A stretch of DNA of 64,000 nt from a virus (Duplodnaviria; Caudoviricetes): the IMG/VR virus record IMGVR_UViG_3300020264_000005, positions 1-64,000 of that record; one strand, 5' to 3'. Of the stretch, positions 57,074 through 64,000 are shown one piece after another; the first letter of the stretch is position 1; each line of letters opens with the position of its first letter. The notes under the pieces are model-generated. The model had not been told where the DNA came from. It made no database searches and was given only the letters and a program-made list of their open reading frames with translations. The translations under genes and the position numbers were made by a program.

Positions 57074-58882
57074 ATGGCTGCTATTATCTCAGATAAATTT
57101 AGAATTTTTAATGCGAAGCAATTCCTTGAATCGCTAACTGAAGGCGCTACCGATACTAGCGCCGAAAGAACAAGAATGTACTTCTTTGTGGGTCGCCCAC
57201 AACCTTGGAAGGCATATCTCGAACTCTACGGACAAGCTGGAGGAAACTTCACAGTAGGCAACGAAATTTACGTTGGTACTTATGGATCCACAGCATTCCG
57301 TGCCACTATTGCTGGAGTCCTAGATACCGCTCTTCTTCTTTCCGACGTTTTCCCAAATACCACCTCTACTCCTTCTCTCGGTAGCACCATTCAGGAGACT
57401 GCTGACGGTGGTTCAACTACGACTGGTGTCACTGCCTCAACTGGTGTCTACCGTTATGCAACTGAAGAGATTCCACCTCTTCCACTAGACAACCAGACTG
57501 AGAAACTAAACGTTTACGACGAGATCATCGCAGCAAAGCGTATCGGCAATGCATTCGCAAGAACTGTAATCCGCCGTTACAACTGGGACACTGTTGCTAA
57601 CCCAAGATTCGACATGTGGAAGCCTGACTACTCCGCAACCCCTGCTGGTGGCGGTCAAGTCGGTAAGCAGACCGCAACTGGCGCTGACGCTATTGCTAAT
57701 GCTAAGTTCTACGTAATGAACTCTGACTACGAAGTATTCAAGTGCCTCTATAATGGTGAAGGTCCTGGCAACCTTTCTGGTCAGGATGCTACCGAAGAAC
57801 CAAAGACCTCACTTGGTAACTATAACTCATCAACTGGTCTCTACACTGAGACTTCTGGTGCTGGTTACATCTGGAAGTTCATGTACCAGATGCCAACCGA
57901 TGACGTTCTGAGATTCCTTTCTTCAGACTTCATGCCAATCACCCTGTCAACCGCAGGTTCTACCCGTCAGGCAGTAGAAGGTATTGCAGTTGCTGGTTCA
58001 CTTGACGTTGCTCTAATCGAGAACGCTGGTGCTAACCTACCTGCTTCACAGACTTTCTACACCAGTGTAAAGGGTGACGGTACAGGTGCTGTTGTTGCTA
58101 TCACCACTGATGGTTCTGGCACCATGACCGCTGCATCGATGCAAGCACGTGGTTCAGGTTATACCTATGCTAACGTACTACTCGGTAACGGCAACCTCTT
58201 CTCTGATGCTGGTTTGACGACTCCAGTTGGTACTCCTGCTAACGCAGTTGGTGCTATCGAGATCGTTCTTCCTCCTCAAGGTGGTCACGGTTCCGACCAC
58301 GAACTAGAACTCAATGGTAAGCGTGTGATGACTAACATCCGCCTAACCTACGCAGAAGGTTCTGGTGACTTCCCTGTTGATAACGACTTCCGTAGAATCG
58401 GTATTATCAAGGATCCTCTTAACTACGGTACTACCACTCCTTGTACTGCTGACACCCGTTCAGGTCTCAAGGCAGTTAAGATCACTGGTGCAACCGCAGA
58501 TTACATCCCTGACGAAGTAATCACCCAGACCGTAACTAACGGTACTGCAAAAGGCACCGTTGTTTCTTGGACCTTGGATCAGGGTTCATCAACCGCAGGT
58601 GTACTTAAGTACATCCAAACCGTTGATGCACACACCGATCAGGGTGTTGTAAGAGACTTCGAGAGCAATGGTTCTAACGCTATCTCTGGTGAGTCTTCCG
58701 CAGCAGCAGGTAACGTCGAAACTGGTTACGGCGGTACGCTTCTCGGTTCTACCTTCTCATCAGGTCTTGCAAATCCTGAGATCGAACCTAACTCTGGTGA
58801 CATCATCTATGTTGAGAACAGAAGACTAATCACCCGTGCTCCTGACCAGATTGAAGATATCAAACTAGTCATCGAATTCTGA
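57074..58882 (+). CDS. gp8: Baseplate wedge subunit gp8
   Basis: MAAIISDKFRI.NA, YFFVGRPQPW, VFKCLYN, GYIWKFMY, C-terminal ENR..ITR..DQIEDIKLVIEF. Confidence 0.93.
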   Translation: MAAIISDKFRIFNAKQFLESLTEGATDTSAERTRMYFFVGRPQPWKAYLELYGQAGGNFTVGNEIYVGTYGSTAFRATIAGVLDTALLLSDVFPNTTSTPSLGSTIQETADGGSTTTGVTASTGVYRYATEEIPPLPLDNQTEKLNVYDEIIAAKRIGNAFARTVIRRYNWDTVANPRFDMWKPDYSATPAGGGQVGKQTATGADAIANAKFYVMNSDYEVFKCLYNGEGPGNLSGQDATEEPKTSLGNYNSSTGLYTETSGAGYIWKFMYQMPTDDVLRFLSSDFMPITLSTAGSTRQAVEGIAVAGSLDVALIENAGANLPASQTFYTSVKGDGTGAVVAITTDGSGTMTAASMQARGSGYTYANVLLGNGNLFSDAGLTTPVGTPANAVGAIEIVLPPQGGHGSDHELELNGKRVMTNIRLTYAEGSGDFPVDNDFRRIGIIKDPLNYGTTTPCTADTRSGLKAVKITGATADYIPDEVITQTVTNGTAKGTVVSWTLDQGSSTAGVLKYIQTVDAHTDQGVVRDFESNGSNAISGESSAAAGNVETGYGGTLLGSTFSSGLANPEIEPNSGDIIYVENRRLITRAPDQIEDIKLVIEF

Positions 58883-58903
58883 TTAATAATTCATAACTTT
58901 AAG

Positions 58904-58931
58904 TCCCCCGAGAGATCGGGGGATTTTTTTT
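58904..58931 (+). terminator. Rho-independent terminator
   Basis: TCCCCCGA-GAGA-TCGGGGGA followed by T8. Confidence 0.9.
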
Positions 58932-58938
58932 ATCTCTG

Positions 58939-58945
58939 CTAAATA
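58939..58945 (+). promoter_or_regulatory. Late promoter CTAAATA
   Basis: After the terminator, 34 nt before ATG58980. Confidence 0.65.
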
Positions 58946-58979
58946 TTAGAGACAAGATGCTAGTGTTTGGCGGAGTACG

Positions 58980-61900
58980 ATGCCACAAAAAACTAATCTA
59001 AATGTAAATCCCTATTACGAGGATTTCGACGCGGGTAAAAATTTTTATAAGATTCTCTTCCGTCCAGGATACTCTATCCAGACAAGAGAACTGACACAAC
59101 TACAATCTATTCTACAGAATCAGATTGAAAGTTTTGGTAAGTATGCCTTCAAGCAAGGCGACTTAGTTGTACCTGGCGAAGTCGGTCTTAATACCAAATT
59201 AGATTACGTCAAGTTATCTTCTGTTTCAGAAGTTGCTGTCAATGATGGGCAGGACATCGTATATAAGAAGTATGATATCTCACAACTAGTAGGATCTAGA
59301 CTGAGAGGTCTATCTTCTGGTGTTATTGGTATTGTCTTAGATACTAAGGTTCTAACAGAAACATCTGCAGACACACTCTATGTCAATTATCTAAACAGTG
59401 GTGATTCTAATTCAGACACTACTTTTAGACAGGGTGAAACCCTAGAAGTTATTGATGGTGTTAACACACCTCTACTAGTTGTTGGTACTGATGGTAGCGT
59501 ACTCCCCACCAGTATTCAACTAACTAATCCTGACACTGGCGATGTAACTTCCATCGAAAGTCCAGCAATGGGTTATGCTTCTGCTGTCAAGGTAGAAGAA
59601 GGCATCTATTTCGTCAATGGTTTCTTCGTTCGTAACGAGAAGCAACTTCTTGTCATCGATGATTATTATGATGTACCTTCTGCTAAAGTTGGTTTCTCAA
59701 TCGCTGAAAAGATTGTAACTCCAGAAGAAGACGCTAGCTTATATGATAATTCTATTGGTTCTTCCAATTATACTGCGCCAGGCGCACACAGATTAAATAT
59801 CTCACTAACTCTTAAGAAGTTTGCTCTAAGTGAGACAACTGATAAGAACTTTATTCAACTTATCACCACTTATAAAGGTGCTGTACAGAAGAAAGTCAGT
59901 CCTACTAACTACAGTCTGATTGAACAGACTCTTGCTAGAAGAACGTTTGACGAGAGTGGTGATTATGTTGTCGATAACTTCTCTGTTGATATCAGAGAAT
60001 ATGCACAGAAAGATCGCAACGGTGGACTCTATAAAGAAGATGAGTTCGGTCTATTCAATGGTCTGTCTGAAGCAGAAGCAGACAGAAAGATGATTGCTAG
60101 CCTCGGTTCAGGTAAAGCATACATCAGAGGTTACGAAATTGTTAACAAGGAAACTAAGTACCTTGAAATCAACAAAGCAAGAGAGAGTCTGAGTAGCGAG
60201 AACATCAGAATCAAAACTAAATCTCTTCCAACATACGCCGTTACTAACGTATATGGTAGTGTACCTCTAAACAAGGAAGGCGCAGATCTTACTGCATATC
60301 CATATCTAAACCTTTATGCTCTTGCCAATGACGGTAGTATTGGTGACAACGGTACTGAGTCTGCCTCTGCACATCGTCAGACTGTTAGCAGAAGAGGTAA
60401 AATCTTCTCATCTGATGATGCTGTAAAAACTATCACTTTGAATATTGACAATACTGTCAATACTCTTGCTGGTCTCACCGACGCTAATTTTGAGACTCTT
60501 CTTGGGACTCTGTATTTTGTGAAGACCAGAAACAATGCTGGTGCTGCAACATCTGTTGGTACAGTTCAGTCACTGGCATATGCTAAGGTAAACAAACCAC
60601 TACTAAACTCAAGTGAGAGTTTCCAGTTCCTAGAACTAACCATTACTGGTAAGAAAGATGATCTAGAACTCCTAATGGTTGAATTCGACCTTGGAGATGG
60701 TGGTAAGCAAAGAAGACTATTCCTCACTGATGCAGATGCATCTGCTGATACGAATTCATATGGTTATATTGTTGACTATGGCGAAACTGTCACACCTCTG
60801 ATTGGTAGAGCAAAACCAAATAACTTCTCTCTTAAGAAGAGACCAACTGGTTTTAATTCAGACAGAGACATCATTCTATCACGTGGTCGCCTTGCTGGTG
60901 GTCAAGATGCATATAATGGTATCTTCGGTCTATCGTATTTTGATCCAGAATTCTTCACTAAGCTTATTCTAGATGGAGCACCACAAGCAGGATCTTTTGG
61001 TGTTGGTAAATATGTCTTTGGTCTAGAAAGTGGTGCATATGGTGTAGTCGAAGGTGGTCCTCAGGGTGTATATTCTGTTGGTAAACTACTCTTCGTCAAG
61101 ACTCTATCTGGAAGATTTAAGGATGGTGAGACGATCAGAGATGAAGATTCGGTAACTGCAAAGATTGCCAAAGACAATACCATCTCTCACTTCATTGTTC
61201 ACAATCCTGGCTTGGCATATCCAGACAACTGCACCTTACTTATTAATGGTGTTGAGTTTGATACTTCAGTTGTTGAACTATTCAAGGCAAACAGTGGAGC
61301 ATTCTACAGATGTCTAGTCAATAATAAGAGTGCGCTTTCTGCAACTGAATATGCAGAACCACCTGCAATTACTGTTAAGACTCCTGATGGTGCAGCAGCT
61401 CCTTCTATTGGTGCTGTTATTCTACCTATCATGGTTAGAAATGCAGTAACGACTTATGTACCACAAAACGTCAAGTCACTTGGTGCTGAGTATGGTTCTG
61501 GTAACGAGAATGTCTTTACTGCTGATGTTGTTACCAATGATCAAGCGTTTGCAGAAATTAAGTCTGTTACTGAGTTTACATTCTTCGGATCAAAGGGATA
61601 TAACTTCATTGAATCTACGAGTTTCAATGCTGATGCAAGTCTTCTACTACAACAGGGAGACGTTGTACAATTTGCTACTTCAACTAACCAGATTGTACGT
61701 TCTGTTGTTCAATATGCAACAATCAAAGAAGGTGTATCTAAGACGAGAGTTTATCTAGATAGCGTACTACCTGGCGATGTTGTTAATACTAGTATCACCA
61801 GATTGCGTCCTAGAGTTGAGAACTCCAACCAAGGAACACTTCTCTTCCCAACAGGCAGTCGCCAGATCAAGCAGATTTCTAAGAATGCTGATCAAACAGG

Positions 61901-64000
61901 TATTAAGTATTACTTCCGTAGAGACTTTGTAACTACTGCTGCATCTTCTGGTGGTCTTATTACCTTTGCTGCACAATTAGCATTTGGTACTCAAAGATTC
62001 GCTACGTTTACTGAAGAAAACTATATTGTTACTGTTCTAGATCCAGGCGATGCACCAAACGTACACACTGGTGACATTGTATACATTGACAGAGATGCAG
62101 TAACTATTGCATCTTCTACTGATACTGCTAGTGGTCTAACTGCTGGATCTATTAGTCTAAATCTACCATCAACTTACTTCGGAACTATTCCTTCTAATGG
62201 AACATTCCCCAAACTTAAGTTGACTGCAACTTTGGAAGTTACGGATGCAAAACCAAGAATTAAAACTTCTGTAGAAAAGAGAAGAATTGTTGTTACTTCT
62301 TCTGGTGATAGAGTTATCCCATTCAGAGGAACAAACTATGATTCTGAAGTTGTAGAAGTTCTATCTTATTCTGATGCATACAAACTACTTTATGTTTATG
62401 AGGGTAGTGCAACCAGACCACCTACTGTTGATACTGCAGGTAATCTAATTGAAGGTACTGATGTATCTGATAGATTCACATTTGATAATGGTCAAAGAGA
62501 CACTGTTTATGATGTTTCCAGATTGGTTCTCAAGCCAGGTGCTGAGCAAACTACTGGTCAATTGGTAATTGCATTCGATTACTTCGAGCACTCACAGGGT
62601 GATTTCTGTACTATTGATAGTTACATTCACGAAGCAGGTGTTACTGAGTCCGAAATTGGTTCGTTTGATTCATCTGTACTAGGAAGAGTTAACCTCAAGA
62701 ACGTTCTCGACTTTAGACCAAAAGTAGACACTAATACTACTGTCTCTGGTTTCCAAGATAAGTCTTCACTTTCAATCACCACTAGTTCTTTCGCTGCTTC
62801 TGGTGCTATCATTGCTGCATCACCAGCGTCTGATTCTAACCTTGAGTGGACACTATCATTCAGTCAGATTCAATACCTCGATAGAATCGACGGTGTATTC
62901 TTGAATAAGAATGGTAAGTTTATTGTCAAGGAAGGTAATTCCTCACTCAACCCATCGAAACCAGATCCTGTTGATGATGCAATTCCTCTCTTCTATGCTT
63001 ACATCCCAGCATTTACTAGTGATAGTAAGGATGTAAGAATTACTCCAGTAGACAACCGTCGTTACACGATGCGTGACATCGGTAAACTAGAGAAGCGTAT
63101 TGAGAGACTAGAGTATTATACTACTCTTAGCATTCTAGAGCAACAAGCTCTCAACATGCAAGTTAAGGATGATATCGGTCTAGATCGATTCAAGTCTGGA
63201 TTCTTGGTTGATAACTTTGAAGCACACAAGACTGGTAACCTAGGATCACTAGATTATCAGTGCTCTGTTGACTCACAGCAATCAGTTCTCAGACCACAGT
63301 CCAGAGAAGATTCGCTAATTCTTAAGGAAGTCAATGTCAGAGATGACCAAAGATTCGTTTCTGGATATACAAAGTCTAATGGTGTTGTCACACTACCATA
63401 CACCAGTTTGAATCTGTTGGGTAATGCCGCGGCCTCCAAGACACTAAATCCAAATCCATTTGTTGTTCTTCAGTATGTTGGTGATGCTGATATCACCCCA
63501 AGTATTGATCAATGGTATGATCAGCATACAGAACCTCTGGTTGTTGATACCAACACCGATCTGTATAAGATCTTCCTAGCAAAAACTGAGATCAAGGAAA
63601 GTTTCTCTTCTCTACACAATTCATTCATTGTAAACTGGGTAGGTTCTTCTCCATCATTCACATCAATCAATTCACTTGGTGATGAGAACAGAGAAGCAGC
63701 AAAGACTTCTGTTGTTGGTGCATCTGTCAATAGTTCTTCTAACATCAGTCCACAAAACAATGATGTTGCTAAGGGCGTTCAATCTAAGACTGTAAGAGGT
63801 AACAGTGTTTCTTCTGCACTACAGTTCTTTGCTAGAAGCGTTCCTGTCAAGTTCATTGTCAGAAGAATGAAACCAAATACTACCATCTCGGTATTCCTAG
63901 AAGGTAGAGATATTAGTCGTTGGGTTAACCCTGACCTCCGTTTTACTGGAGTTGCAGGTAATTCACCTTCTGCATTCAATGGCAAAGTAACTACCGACTC
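58980..64000 (+). CDS. VrlC-like (DUF4815-type) large virion structural protein, 3'-truncated; absent from the ORF track
   Basis: Translated by hand at several points: MPQKTNLNVNPYYEDFD...ILFRPGYSIQTRELTQLQSILQNQ, LARRTFDESGDY, RYTMRDIGKLEKRIERLEYYT, DRFKSGFLVDNF. Appears open to the window end. Confidence 0.88.
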   Translation, partial: MPQKTNLNVNPYYEDFDAGKNFYKILFRPGYSIQTRELTQLQSILQNQIESFGKYAFKQGDLVVPGEVGLNTKLDYVKLSSVSEVAVNDGQDIVYKKYDISQLVGSRLRGLSSGVIGIVLDTKVLTETSADTLYVNYLNSGDSNSDTTFRQGETLEVIDGVNTPLLVVGTDGSVLPTSIQLTNPDTGDVTSIESPAMGYASAVKVEEGIYFVNGFFVRNEKQLLVIDDYYDVPSAKVGFSIAEKIVTPEEDASLYDNSIGSSNYTAPGAHRLNISLTLKKFALSETTDKNFIQLITTYKGAVQKKVSPTNYSLIEQTLARRTFDESGDYVVDNFSVDIREYAQKDRNGGLYKEDEFGLFNGLSEAEADRKMIASLGSGKAYIRGYEIVNKETKYLEINKARESLSSENIRIKTKSLPTYAVTNVYGSVPLNKEGADLTAYPYLNLYALANDGSIGDNGTESASAHRQTVSRRGKIFSSDDAVKTITLNIDNTVNTLAGLTDANFETLLGTLYFVKTRNNAGAATSVGTVQSLAYAKVNKPLLNSSESFQFLELTITGKKDDLELLMVEFDLGDGGKQRRLFLTDADASADTNSYGYIVDYGETVTPLIGRAKPNNFSLKKRPTGFNSDRDIILSRGRLAGGQDAYNGIFGLSYFDPEFFTKLILDGAPQAGSFGVGKYVFGLESGAYGVVEGGPQGVYSVGKLLFVKTLSGRFKDGETIRDEDSVTAKIAKDNTISHFIVHNPGLAYPDNCTLLINGVEFDTSVVELFKANSGAFYRCLVNNKSALSATEYAEPPAITVKTPDGAAAPSIGAVILPIMVRNAVTTYVPQNVKSLGAEYGSGNENVFTADVVTNDQAFAEIKSVTEFTFFGSKGYNFIESTSFNADASLLLQQGDVVQFATSTNQIVRSVVQYATIKEGVSKTRVYLDSVLPGDVVNTSITRLRPRVENSNQGTLLFPTGSRQIKQISKNADQTGIKYYFRRDFVTTAASSGGLITFAAQLAFGTQRFATFTEENYIVTVLDPGDAPNVHTGDIVYIDRDAVTIASSTDTASGLTAGSISLNLPSTYFGTIPSNGTFPKLKLTATLEVTDAKPRIKTSVEKRRIVVTSSGDRVIPFRGTNYDSEVVEVLSYSDAYKLLYVYEGSATRPPTVDTAGNLIEGTDVSDRFTFDNGQRDTVYDVSRLVLKPGAEQTTGQLVIAFDYFEHSQGDFCTIDSYIHEAGVTESEIGSFDSSVLGRVNLKNVLDFRPKVDTNTTVSGFQDKSSLSITTSSFAASGAIIAASPASDSNLEWTLSFSQIQYLDRIDGVFLNKNGKFIVKEGNSSLNPSKPDPVDDAIPLFYAYIPAFTSDSKDVRITPVDNRRYTMRDIGKLEKRIERLEYYTTLSILEQQALNMQVKDDIGLDRFKSGFLVDNFEAHKTGNLGSLDYQCSVDSQQSVLRPQSREDSLILKEVNVRDDQRFVSGYTKSNGVVTLPYTSLNLLGNAAASKTLNPNPFVVLQYVGDADITPSIDQWYDQHTEPLVVDTNTDLYKIFLAKTEIKESFSSLHNSFIVNWVGSSPSFTSINSLGDENREAAKTSVVGASVNSSSNISPQNNDVAKGVQSKTVRGNSVSSALQFFARSVPVKFIVRRMKPNTTISVFLEGRDISRWVNPDLRFTGVAGNSPSAFNGKVTTD

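Noticed and set aside
783-63985. Minus-strand and nested alternative-frame ORFs in the track (e.g. 12935-13438, 31525-32064, 39236-39730, 42804-43334)
   Set aside because: They are shadows of well-supported + strand genes and show no motifs or ribosome-binding sites

Overview
This is a 64-kb piece of a T4-like marine cyanomyovirus (probably a Synechococcus/Prochlorococcus phage). Every gene I can support is on the + strand. Order: 3' part of a structured ncRNA (manA-like) and tRNA-Asn; a 4506-aa virion protein; four tail-fibre/collar genes; a block of 2OG-Fe(II) oxygenases, a tail-fibre chaperone and a flavin halogenase; a ~11-kb hypervariable early region of small genes (29.3-40.6 kb) that includes an MvaI/BcnI-type nuclease plus methyltransferase pair; a free-standing HNH nuclease; then PAAR, gp25, gp6, gp7, gp8 and a VrlC-like gene that runs off the window end. 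Most notable observations: (1) 12 copies of a rigid promoter cassette (palindrome GTGCCA-N10-TGGCAC whose right arm starts 35-37 nt before a -10 box), mostly written into the 3' end of the previous gene, two of them apparently bidirectional; (2) a fully nested, Russian-doll domain grammar in the giant virion protein, repeated in gp7; (3) a three-unit fibre polyprotein with three different heads; (4) a phage-borne restriction-modification pair, in a window where I found no CCGG; (5) a local GC-skew inversion with a 15-bp inverted repeat and AT-rich hairpins that may mark an origin or packaging site. All family calls come from motif recognition by eye. No database search was run, and all counts are manual.
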